This document shows positions 1 through 8,616 of a stretch of 64,000 nucleotides of DNA, one piece after another; within the stretch, counting starts at the first letter, position 1, and each line of letters starts with the position of its first letter. The stretch comes from Candidatus Eiseniibacteriota bacterium (GTDB taxonomy: Bacteria > Eisenbacteria > RBG-16-71-46 > CAZAMP01), in contig OZ245046.1 of the NCBI GenBank assembly GCA_965224245.1, forward strand, positions 4,160,001 through 4,224,000, read 5' to 3'. The notes under the pieces are model-generated. The model saw only the letters and a program-made list of their open reading frames with translations. It was not told where the DNA came from and did not search any database. Made by a program: the position numbers and the translations under genes.

Positions 1-354
1 CTCACCGCGGTGAACGGGTTCGGCCACGAGCACGTCCTCGGCACGACGACCGCCCAGTCCGCGACGTCGGTGCTTCGCGCCTGGCCGCTCCCGATGCGCG
101 CGGGCTCGCTCCACGTGGCCTTCGCGTCGGGCAGCGCGCTGGGCGGCGGACCGGGCCACGTCGAGGTGGGCGTGTTCGACGCGCTGGGTCGCCGGGTACG
201 TACCCTGGTCGACGGCTTCTTCGACGCCGGCCGGCACGAGGTGACCTGGGACGGTCGTGCGGCGAACGGCATCCGCGTTTCGGCGGGGCAATACTTCGTT
301 CGCTCGGTGAGCGGAGGCGTCACCCGCACGCAGAAGCTGACGGTGCTCCGATGA
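1..354 (+). CDS. C-terminal part of a secreted protein with an FlgD-Ig/T9SS-CTD-like domain (5'-truncated by window edge)
   Basis: Frame is open from base 1; motifs VFDALGRRVRTL, TWDGRAANG..VSAGQYFVR and terminal QKLTVLR are typical of FlgD_ig C-terminal domains. Confidence 0.8.
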   Translation, partial: LTAVNGFGHEHVLGTTTAQSATSVLRAWPLPMRAGSLHVAFASGSALGGGPGHVEVGVFDALGRRVRTLVDGFFDAGRHEVTWDGRAANGIRVSAGQYFVRSVSGGVTRTQKLTVLR

Positions 355-1514
355 ACACGATTCTCGTACACGGGGCGCCCCGGCGGCGCCATCGCGAGCG
401 CCGCCGGATCGGCCTCGGAGCGCTCCTCGGCGCGGTACTCCTCGCCGCAGGGGTTGGGGCGCCGGCCGACGCGGCCGGGCTCCTGGCCGTGGTCGACACG
501 GGCGAGCTCTTCGTGTCGACCGACCAGGGCGAGAGCTGGTCGCTTCGGGGCTCGCTTCCGGCGAGCGACGTGATCGATCTCGTCGCGGTGTCCTCGAGCG
601 CCGAGCTTCTGGCCGTGACCGGGTCCGGCGATCTCCACCGCTCCGACGACGCCGGTGCGTCGTGGTCGCCGGTGGGAGGCGCATCGGCTCCGGACGTCGT
701 CGCGATGGTCGTCGACGATGGCGACATCGTGCTGCTCACGACCTCGGGAAACGTCTGGCGCTCCGCCGACGGCGGTGCGAGCTTTGGGCTGCACGGCGCG
801 GTGACCGCATCCGACTTGACGGGACTCGAGAGATCGGACGCCGGTCTCCACGCGGTCGCCGCGAGCGGCGCGGTCTGGTCGAGTGCGGACGGCGGCGCGA
901 GCTGGTCGGCGACCTCGATCTCGCCGTACTCGAACGTCGTGGCCGTCACGAGCGCCACCGTGGGCCTCGTCGTGATGGACCGGACCGGCTCGGTCGCCGT
1001 GTCCGAGGACGATGGTCTGAGCTGGAGGCCGTCGGGCACGTTCTCGCAGCTTCACGCGGTCGACATCGTGGAGAGCGACGGCGCGCTCGTCGCCGTCACC
1101 AGCGAGAGCGAAGTGGCGAGGTCCAGTGACGGCGAGAGCTGGAGCTGGGTGGGATCGATCGGGCAGCTTGACGTCGTCGCCATGACGACCGATGAGCCGG
1201 TGCTCGCGGCACCGGACGGAACGACAACGAGCCCGATACCGTCGTTCACGGTCGGCGCTCCGTTCCCCAATCCCGTGCGGGGGGTAGCGAGGCACGTCCT
1301 CGTGCCGCTGTCCCTGGACGAGGCGGCCGATGCGATCTCGATCTCGATCGTCGACGTGCGAGGTCGCGAGCTGGCGCGTGAGGAGGTGCGTGCGCTCCCA
1401 TCGGGTCGATCGGACGTCACGATCGCGTTCGACGGGCTCTCGGCGGGCGTGTACTACGTGCGTGCCGTCGCGGGCCAGGAGACCGCGGCGTCGCGGTTCA
1501 CCCGAATGCCCTAG
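351..1514 (+). CDS. Secreted BNR/Asp-box beta-propeller protein with C-terminal CTD-like domain
   Basis: Signal peptide; six SxDxGxS(W/F)-like Asp-boxes at ~41 aa spacing; PFPNP...DVRGR...GVYYVR tail; ATGA overlap with upstream gene. Confidence 0.8.
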   Translation: MNTILVHGAPRRRHRERRRIGLGALLGAVLLAAGVGAPADAAGLLAVVDTGELFVSTDQGESWSLRGSLPASDVIDLVAVSSSAELLAVTGSGDLHRSDDAGASWSPVGGASAPDVVAMVVDDGDIVLLTTSGNVWRSADGGASFGLHGAVTASDLTGLERSDAGLHAVAASGAVWSSADGGASWSATSISPYSNVVAVTSATVGLVVMDRTGSVAVSEDDGLSWRPSGTFSQLHAVDIVESDGALVAVTSESEVARSSDGESWSWVGSIGQLDVVAMTTDEPVLAAPDGTTTSPIPSFTVGAPFPNPVRGVARHVLVPLSLDEAADAISISIVDVRGRELAREEVRALPSGRSDVTIAFDGLSAGVYYVRAVAGQETAASRFTRMP

Positions 1515-1520
1515 GCGCCT

Positions 1521-1548
1521 GGACAGGGCCGCACGGGCGGCCGTGTCC
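1521..1548 (+). terminator. GC-rich hairpin between convergent genes
   Basis: ggaca-g-ggccgc / gcggcc-g-tgtcc inverted repeat right after the stop at 1514; no clear U-tract. Confidence 0.35.
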
Positions 1549-1633
1549 TCGTCGACTCGATCCGGTGGCGAGATCGCCGCTCACACGGGCCGTTCCGCGC
1601 CGGCCCACCCCGACCGCCGTGTCGGCCCGTCGA

Positions 1634-1960
1634 TCACGCTCGTGACAGCACGAGGTAGAGCGCGCCGCCCAGCGCCGCGACCATCAGCAGTCCACCAACG
1701 GCGAGCGCGCCGGCCACGAGGAGGAGCCTCGTGCGTGCGCGGGCGCGCGCCTCGTCCAGAAGCCGTCGCTCGGCGTCCGGAGAGAGCCTGAGCTGGGGCA
1801 TGGCGGTCGACATCTTCTCACCCTCCTTCAGCAACGAGGCGAACGCGTCGTCCTCGTGCAGGTAAGCCTCCACCAGCGCGCGGCTGTCGGCCGTGGCCTC
1901 GCCGGACTCGTAGAGCGGCCAGAGATCGCTCACGATGTCGCGCGTGATCTCGAGCTTCAT
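1634..1960 (-). CDS. Membrane-anchored anti-sigma factor (zf-HC2-like N-terminus)
   Basis: DLWPLYESGEAT..SRALVEAYL resembles the zf-HC2 region; C-terminal TM helix; overlaps ECF sigma stop by 4 nt. Confidence 0.75.
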   Translation of the reverse strand: MKLEITRDIVSDLWPLYESGEATADSRALVEAYLHEDDAFASLLKEGEKMSTAMPQLRLSPDAERRLLDEARARARTRLLLVAGALAVGGLLMVAALGGALYLVLSRA

Positions 1961-2463
1961 CGTCGTTCCTCCTGTGTGCGTCGTGCCGCGGCAAGACGGA
2001 GGCGGGCGCGGTGGACCCTGACCTTCGCGGCGCCCACGGTCGTCCCGAGCACGGCGGCGATCTCCTCGTAGCGCAGCTCATGGTCGACCCGCAAGAGCAG
2101 CGCCGATCGTTCGCCTTCCGGAAGATCGCCGAGCGCCCGAAGAACCGAATCGAGCGTCGCTCGGTCGTCCATCCGTGTGCCCGGGTCGACCGCGTGATCC
2201 GCCATGTCCTCGGACAGTGCGACGTCCCGGCGACGTCGGCGGAGCCCGGTGAGGTATACGTTTCGGGCCGCCACCATCAGGTAGGCCAGCGCCGTCCGTG
2301 TCCGGATCCGCGGCGCTCTCGTGAGGAGCCGGACGAACGTCTCCGAGACGATGTCCTCGGCCTCGCTGCGATTGCCGCACAGCCCCCACGCAAAGCGGAG
2401 GAGGGCCGGGGCGTGACGGCGAAAGAGCGTCTCGTAGTCGTCCACTGGCACCTCCGACGCCAC
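1957..2463 (-). CDS. ECF RNA polymerase sigma-70 factor
   Basis: Region 2 (AEDIVSETF) and region 4 (LRYEEIAAVLGTTVGAAKVRVHRAR). Confidence 0.92.
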   Translation of the reverse strand: MASEVPVDDYETLFRRHAPALLRFAWGLCGNRSEAEDIVSETFVRLLTRAPRIRTRTALAYLMVAARNVYLTGLRRRRRDVALSEDMADHAVDPGTRMDDRATLDSVLRALGDLPEGERSALLLRVDHELRYEEIAAVLGTTVGAAKVRVHRARLRLAAARRTQEERR

Positions 2464-2466
2464 TAC

Positions 2467-2492
2467 TACTCGGAAACCGGCCGGAGGTTACA
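2467..2492 (-). promoter_or_regulatory. Putative ECF-type autoregulatory promoter
   Basis: Minus strand reads TGTAACC-N13-CGAGTA, ending 3 nt before the GTG start of the ECF gene. Confidence 0.55.
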
Positions 2493-2538
2493 TGGATGAC
2501 CCCATCCCGTACGCTGGAAGACTTCCGTGAGCTCCCGG

Positions 2539-3201
2539 CTACTCGACCACCCCGTCGAGCTCCAGTCGTTTGAGGACGGCCAGGAGCGTGAGGAGGCTGT
2601 CGGGCGCCACGGGTGTGATCCGCTCGTGCGACCGGATCCCGATCTGATGCGGGGGAAACCGGTCGCACGACGACAGGAGGATGAACGACTCGCCTCGCTC
2701 CGGCCTGGGACCGCCGTAGAACTGTGTGTGGCTCGGCAGCGAGAACCAGTGTCCGATCAGCGGGGCCAGACGGTCGATCTCGTCGGTCTCCAGCGCACGG
2801 ATCGTGTAGTCGTCGGCGGACCAGTCGGCGCGCCAGAGGGTGTCCTCCCCCAGGCGAACCGGCCTCGGGGGCCGGATCAGCGTGGCCAGACTGCACGGTC
2901 GTTGATCGCAGAGGATCAGCCGATGTCGTCCCGAACCATCCTGGAGCCCGACTGCCCTCAGCCAGTTGCGCTCACATTGCAACGATCTCGGCTGGCCTTG
3001 GGCTCGGTCCGTGGGGACGGTCTTCGGTGCGTTCTCCGCTCCGCCGAGGAGGCAGTAGCCGCCGCGAGGAGAGAGCACCGGTGACCCGAGGTGCGGTGAC
3101 CAGACGATCGTGAGAAGCATCAGCAGTACGAGGCAGCAGCTCGCAGACATCGAGCGCAACTCCCGCGAGAGGGCGATCGGCAGCGACCACCATTCTAGCA
3201 A
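2539..3201 (-). CDS. Hypothetical protein, possibly exported (start uncertain)
   Basis: Fills the gap between ECF and Omp85 genes on the same strand; hydrophobic N-terminal stretch; no recognised domain. Confidence 0.4.
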   Translation of the reverse strand: MLEWWSLPIALSRELRSMSASCCLVLLMLLTIVWSPHLGSPVLSPRGGYCLLGGAENAPKTVPTDRAQGQPRSLQCERNWLRAVGLQDGSGRHRLILCDQRPCSLATLIRPPRPVRLGEDTLWRADWSADDYTIRALETDEIDRLAPLIGHWFSLPSHTQFYGGPRPERGESFILLSSCDRFPPHQIGIRSHERITPVAPDSLLTLLAVLKRLELDGVVE

Positions 3202-3301
3202 AGAGGTGCGCCCGGAGGTCGCCGTTCGAGGGTTTCATCCTGGCTGGTCGGGGCCCTTGCCGTGATGCGACTCCGCAATCCCGGCCTGCTCGAGCCGATG
3301 C

Positions 3302-4456
3302 CTAGTATGCCTCCAGCATCGACAGGTACACCCCACCCGTGCCGTCGTCACCGGTCGCGAGGTCGGCGCGCAGCGTGACACCCTCCGCCCGGCTGAGCAG
3401 GAAGCGGAGCCCGATCCCACCGGCGAACCGCGCCTCGTCGCGCCGGAAGTCCGACAGGTCGTGCGCGACGTCACCCACGTCGGCGAACGCCACCAGCCCC
3501 GTGCGCGTCCAGAAGCCCAGTCGATACTCGGCCTGGAGGACGTAGCGGTTTCGTTCGCGAAAGCGCACCTCGTAGAAGCCACGTATGACGCTGTCGCCGC
3601 CGAGCTGCGCGAGCGACTGAATGGGCGGCGTCCCGGTCATCACCGTGGCGAGGCCGCGGACCGCGACGACCTGGCCGCTCGAGAGCGAGTGGTACGCCCG
3701 CAGATCGAGGTTCCAGCTCGTGTAGTCGAAGTCGCTGCCGACGTCCCGGCTCGACAGGTCCACGCTCAGCTCGGACAGGGTCCCCGAGCGCGGATAGATC
3801 GTGTTGTCGCGCCGGTCCCGGTTCGCGGAGGCGCCGAGCTGGAGGATCGTACCGCCGTCGCTCCCCGGGAGCCCTCCCGACTCGAGAACCCCGCCGTCCT
3901 CGGTCTCCTCCATCTCCTCGTGAACGAGTCCGACGTGCGGCCCGACGCGAAGATCGGGGAAGACCTCCTTGCGCACGCCGAGAGTCACCGCGGTCGTGCG
4001 GGGCGTGTAGTCCTCGGAGACGTCGTCTTGGGTGTCGTTGCCGACGCCGAAGAACGTGTTCGGGAACTCCGAGAACACCGCTCCCGCCTGGACGTGATAT
4101 CGCTCGTCGGACCCGTACCGCTCGAGTCCCACCCCCACCACGAGCTGCTTGCGCTGCGTCAGGAGAACGCTGGCCGAGTGAAAGGCCGGCTTCTGGTCGG
4201 CGGGCCCGTCCGGGGACCGGCGCAGGTACGTCACCACGACGCCGACGCCGGACTTCGTCTCGGGCGAGTACATGTAGAACGGGAAGGGAATGAGCGTCGC
4301 CGATGGGACCGTCGTCGTGTCCTCTTCCGCCGACGGCGTCGCCCCGGCGCCCGTGGATGAGCCGAGGATCACCATCGACATCACGATCCCCGCCGCCCGG
4401 GCCGCGATTCTCTCGAGGCCGTTGCCGTGCCGGCACGTCATGTCGGGATTCTCCAC
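3302..4456 (-). CDS. Omp85/BamA-TamA family outer-membrane beta-barrel without POTRA domains
   Basis: Signal peptide; YSPET, DRRDNTIYPRSG, LGGDSVIRGF...RFR, GGIGLRF and aromatic C-terminal residue (LEAY). Confidence 0.85.
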   Translation of the reverse strand: MENPDMTCRHGNGLERIAARAAGIVMSMVILGSSTGAGATPSAEEDTTTVPSATLIPFPFYMYSPETKSGVGVVVTYLRRSPDGPADQKPAFHSASVLLTQRKQLVVGVGLERYGSDERYHVQAGAVFSEFPNTFFGVGNDTQDDVSEDYTPRTTAVTLGVRKEVFPDLRVGPHVGLVHEEMEETEDGGVLESGGLPGSDGGTILQLGASANRDRRDNTIYPRSGTLSELSVDLSSRDVGSDFDYTSWNLDLRAYHSLSSGQVVAVRGLATVMTGTPPIQSLAQLGGDSVIRGFYEVRFRERNRYVLQAEYRLGFWTRTGLVAFADVGDVAHDLSDFRRDEARFAGGIGLRFLLSRAEGVTLRADLATGDDGTGGVYLSMLEAY

Positions 4457-4621
4457 GCTCGGGTGAGCGGCCTGCCCGCCGCATCGGCGATCATCGACGA
4501 CGTCGCCGAGACGGCATCGCGGGACGGGCGCCGGCCGGGAGTCACGACAGACGTCATACCATCCGTGGTCTCGTGTCAGTGCGAGCGGAGGGCCTGCCGC
4601 CGAGGCGGCAGGCGCCAGGAC

Positions 4622-7600
4622 TCAACGGAGCCGGACCAGGCTCCCGGTCGCGGCGGGGAGCCCATCCAGCGACACGCGGTAGAGGTACATCCCGCTGGCC
4701 GCGCCGTGGCCCTCCTCGGATCGACCGTCCCAGGCCAGCCGGATCGATCCGGGGGCGCGCACGTCGCGGGACAGGTGCGCCACACGGGCTCCCGTGGGCG
4801 TGAAGATCTCGACGGCCACCCTCCCCGCACGGCTCACGTCGAGCGTGAACGCGGCCGAGGATCGGAACGGGGACGGACCCGCCTGCCGCACGTGAACGGG
4901 CGCGATCGAGAGGGACTCGACGTCCTCGCTCTCGTCGGTCCCGAGAACGATCTCGGCGTCGTGGACGTGTACCGCGAGCGAGCGTCCGGGGACCGGATCG
5001 GTTCCGACGACGCGAAGGTCGTACACCTCCTCGGCGTACCGCGCCTGACGCGGCATCTCGAATCGAAACGACGGCTCTCCGTCCGATCCGGAAGGCAGGG
5101 TGGCGTCGAAGACGTATCGTGCCTCGACCGAGAAGCTCACGGGGAAGTCCGGGAGCATGTTCTCGATCAGGAGCGAGTAGAGGGCGTCCGGCCCCCCGTA
5201 GAACGCGGGGACGATGTGGGACTCCCCCGGATCCAGCGCCGCCGTGACGCCGGTGGGGTTCACCGTGTCGCTGAAGCGGAGGAAGATCGGGCTCTCCTGG
5301 ATGTTGGTCACGACGATGTCGTCGTGACCCTCGAAGGGCGAGATCCCGAACGTCTCCTCGCCGTTGGGATCGAGGTGGATGCTGCAGATGTGTCCGAACT
5401 CGATCCGCGCCGTGGTTGCCGCGGCCACTCCGTCGCTCCGGTAGAAGTCGACGCTCACCGACTCGATCTCGTTCGCCCCGTAAGGCATCGTGATCCCCCG
5501 GACGTCGTCGATCGCGGACGAGACGTCGCCGAGGTAGAACTCGAACAGATCGGTGATGATCCCCGCCGGGAAGACGTCGCACTCCGCCAGGCCCAGCTCG
5601 AGCAGCTCGATCCCGTCCTGCCTCCGGATGTCGGACGGGATCTCCTGTGGGGAGAAGAACGTGCCCGCGACCGCGAACTGACCGAAGCCCGCATCCGCGG
5701 CGTAGACGCCGGTGATCTCGGCCCCCGGCGTGTACCCCCCCTTGATGCCGATGCCCTCGGGGAAGCTTCCGTTGTCCACGATCCAGTTCATGAAGTTGTT
5801 GAACGTCCAGTCGTAGGAGATCGGCCCGCCCGTGGACTCCATGTGTCGCGTGATCGTGCGCTCGGTCGTCTCGGAGATCTGGCGGAACAGCGGGTTCTCC
5901 ATCGCCGCGCGACTGAGCGTGGCCATGTCCTCCGCGGTGGAGTGGTGTGAGCCGCCGAGTCCGAACGTGAACTCGCCGTCGAGCCCCGCGGGGTTGTGAA
6001 ACGACGTGCCCGACATGCCGAGCGAGATCGCCCGGAGGTTCATGTCGGTGACGAAGCCGGCCACGCTTCCTGCGGGGTCGGTCGGGCTGTTGCCTCCCAG
6101 GAGATGCGCGATGGCGTAGGCGGCGTCGTTGCCCGACAGCATCAGGCACGTGTACATCAGATTCTCGAGCGACATCTCCTCTCCCAGAACGAGAGGTACC
6201 TGCGACCCGGGAACGTTCAGCGAGCACCAGCCCGGCACGTCGTAGACGGTGGACGGCGCGACGTGGTCGGGATCGGACGGAGGCAGCTGGGTGCGCTCAC
6301 AGGCCAGGAGAACCGTCATCACCTTCGTCGTGCTCGCGATCAGCACCTCGTCGAAGGGCTTCTGCGAGAAGATCAGGTTGTGATCGCAGTCGTAGGACAC
6401 CGCGTTGCGGCTGTTGAGGCCGAACGTCTGGCGCCAGGGTGCGATGATGTGTGCCATGCCGGTGCCCTGCGCGTCTCCGGGGGCCCCGACCACGAGGTGG
6501 CCGTTGCCGGTCCCGTCCAGCTCGCCGAACGCGAGCGACCACCCGAGGAGGGCGTTGGAGTCCAGGTAGTCGTTGAGGTTGCCCTGCATGAACTTGTTCC
6601 AGCCGTTGGTGCCGGGACCGTCCGGGCCGCCGTGCGAGACGTAGACGTATCCCCCGTTGATGGCCTGTCCGTCGATGTCATCGTAGGGCACGCCGATGGC
6701 GAGATCCTCGTACCCGTCCGGCGCGCCGAAGAAGCCCGACTCGAGCCGGTAGCCGAACCAGTCGAACGGCAGGATGGTGGAACCGCCGACGTCGAACTTG
6801 TCGAGGACGCGGACGTCCTCGAACGCCAGCGTCACGTCGTTGCCGGGAATCACGAAGACCCGGCCCGACTCGTTCACGCCGGTGAAGTCGTATCCGGGCT
6901 CGGAGATGGCCACGCTGTAGTAGCCGCCGGCGTTCATGAACCAGCCGATCTCGACCGCGAAGCCGAACGTCCCGGCGGAGCTGAGCGAGCCGAGGTCGTC
7001 TGCCGTGATGACGAACGTGCCGAACGCCGTGGGACCGGAGGCCGACCCGGCGATCACCCAGACCATGCCGGCGTTCTCCACCCCCGACACGTCCTTGCCC
7101 GGCGATCCCACGACGATCTCGGCGTAGCCGTCCCAGGTCACGTTGCCGATCGAGAGAGACGCTCCGAAGAGGTCTCCGGGCGTGTTCGTCCCACCGTAGC
7201 TCGACTGCTTGGCCCATCCACTGGCCCCGAAGAGACCGCCGCCGGAGCCCATCCGCCAGAAGATCGCGCCGGCGCTGGAGTCCTCGCCGGGCCCACCGAT
7301 CACGAGGTCGAGGTTCCCGTCGCCGTCGAGGTAGCCCGCGTCGAGCACCTCGCCGAAGCGATCGCCGGTCTCGTTCGCGCCGCCGAACAGGCTCTGATCC
7401 AGCGAGTGCCAGACCACGAGTCCCGATGCGGTGCCCCGCATCACGAAGACGATCCCCGAGTCGTTTGCCGCGCCCCCGTTCACGCCGGGCGCGCCGATCG
7501 CGAGATCCGTGAAGCCGTCGTCGTTGAAGTCCCCGGCGGCGAGGGCGTAGGCGAACTCGTCTCCCGTGACCGGCGACCCGCCGCCGGCCTCCGCGCGGGT

Positions 7601-7912
7601 GATGAGCTGGGCCCCGACCTCGGTCACCCCGCGCTCGGATCCCCAGCTGATCACGACGGCCCCGGCGCCGAGCGCCGCGCCGACGTCCTCCGCCCGCGCG
7701 CCCGTGGCCAGGTCGTCGTAGCCGTCGCCGTTGAAGTCCCCGACGGCGACGGACGAGCCGAACTCGTCGCCGTTCTCTCGAACCCCGGCGCTCTCGTTCC
7801 CCTGTCGGACGATGCAGAGGTGCGACGCGGCGGGCGACGTGACGGTGAGGACGAGCGCGAGGGTCCCGGACCAGGCCGGAAGCCGCTCGAGACGACGTGG
7901 TGACGGTTTCAT
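4622..7912 (-). CDS. FG-GAP repeat protein fused to a peptidase S11 (D-Ala-D-Ala carboxypeptidase-like) domain and C-terminal FlgD-Ig domain
   Basis: About 7 FG...GDFNGDGYDDLAxGAP-type repeats; ASTTKVMT (SxxK), SGND (SxN), FHNPAGL, IKGGYT (KTG-like); WDGRSEEG...SGMYLYR tail. Confidence 0.85.
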   Translation of the reverse strand: MKPSPRRLERLPAWSGTLALVLTVTSPAASHLCIVRQGNESAGVRENGDEFGSSVAVGDFNGDGYDDLATGARAEDVGAALGAGAVVISWGSERGVTEVGAQLITRAEAGGGSPVTGDEFAYALAAGDFNDDGFTDLAIGAPGVNGGAANDSGIVFVMRGTASGLVVWHSLDQSLFGGANETGDRFGEVLDAGYLDGDGNLDLVIGGPGEDSSAGAIFWRMGSGGGLFGASGWAKQSSYGGTNTPGDLFGASLSIGNVTWDGYAEIVVGSPGKDVSGVENAGMVWVIAGSASGPTAFGTFVITADDLGSLSSAGTFGFAVEIGWFMNAGGYYSVAISEPGYDFTGVNESGRVFVIPGNDVTLAFEDVRVLDKFDVGGSTILPFDWFGYRLESGFFGAPDGYEDLAIGVPYDDIDGQAINGGYVYVSHGGPDGPGTNGWNKFMQGNLNDYLDSNALLGWSLAFGELDGTGNGHLVVGAPGDAQGTGMAHIIAPWRQTFGLNSRNAVSYDCDHNLIFSQKPFDEVLIASTTKVMTVLLACERTQLPPSDPDHVAPSTVYDVPGWCSLNVPGSQVPLVLGEEMSLENLMYTCLMLSGNDAAYAIAHLLGGNSPTDPAGSVAGFVTDMNLRAISLGMSGTSFHNPAGLDGEFTFGLGGSHHSTAEDMATLSRAAMENPLFRQISETTERTITRHMESTGGPISYDWTFNNFMNWIVDNGSFPEGIGIKGGYTPGAEITGVYAADAGFGQFAVAGTFFSPQEIPSDIRRQDGIELLELGLAECDVFPAGIITDLFEFYLGDVSSAIDDVRGITMPYGANEIESVSVDFYRSDGVAAATTARIEFGHICSIHLDPNGEETFGISPFEGHDDIVVTNIQESPIFLRFSDTVNPTGVTAALDPGESHIVPAFYGGPDALYSLLIENMLPDFPVSFSVEARYVFDATLPSGSDGEPSFRFEMPRQARYAEEVYDLRVVGTDPVPGRSLAVHVHDAEIVLGTDESEDVESLSIAPVHVRQAGPSPFRSSAAFTLDVSRAGRVAVEIFTPTGARVAHLSRDVRAPGSIRLAWDGRSEEGHGAASGMYLYRVSLDGLPAATGSLVRLR

Positions 7913-8159
7913 CGGAGACTCCTCTCGAGGCAGAGGCGAGCTGTCGTTCGTCTGCTTCGAAGGGGATCACGCAGTTCCGGTCGCAGGGCGGACATCGAGG
8001 CAGGGCGGAATGGCTCTCCGGTCTCGGGCGAGGAGTCGAGAAGGGCCCAGGGAGTCCGCGGCGACGAGGTGCTCGCCGTTCGGCGTCCGTTGCAAGATAA
8101 AGGGGCATAGGCAGCTATCGACGTCGAGCGGCCGTGTCGCTCCCCCGGCCGGCCGCACT

Positions 8160-8333
8160 CCGTTCAGTCGTACGCCGGGTGTCGGTGCGGTCGAGCTTCG
8201 GGAGTCGACGTATCACGAGAGCGACTGCTGCGGGGATCTCGGACTGCCGGAGCCTTCGGGGTCGTTGACGCTGGTCGAGGCGACCACGCCGGCACGGAGA
8301 ACGAGCTGGGGGGCGCTGAAGAGTCGCTGGTGA
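8160..8333 (+). pseudogene. Probable gene remnant or small ORF ending in the SWG-type C-terminal tail
   Basis: Frame ends ...LTLVEATTPARRTSWGALKSRW-stop; no convincing start or signal peptide upstream. Confidence 0.45.
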
Positions 8334-8616
8334 TCGACCCGACCGCACCACCGAACGGCGGTCGACGCACCACGTGACCGTCGTCGAATTGATGCACACG
8401 CATCATTGCACCCCCGGCTCGACCACACGCAAAGTCCGCCTTTCACGCCATGGCGATCGTTGCGCCCCCCGCCGGCGAGCACCCTCCCGACCCCGCCGTC
8501 ACCTTCACGAGCGTCGTCGACGTGCTCGCCTCTCACCAAGGAGCGATGCCTATGCAGAACTCCATCGTTTCTCGTACGCACTTCGACCTGACACCGTGGA
8601 GAGGGAGGTATTTGCA

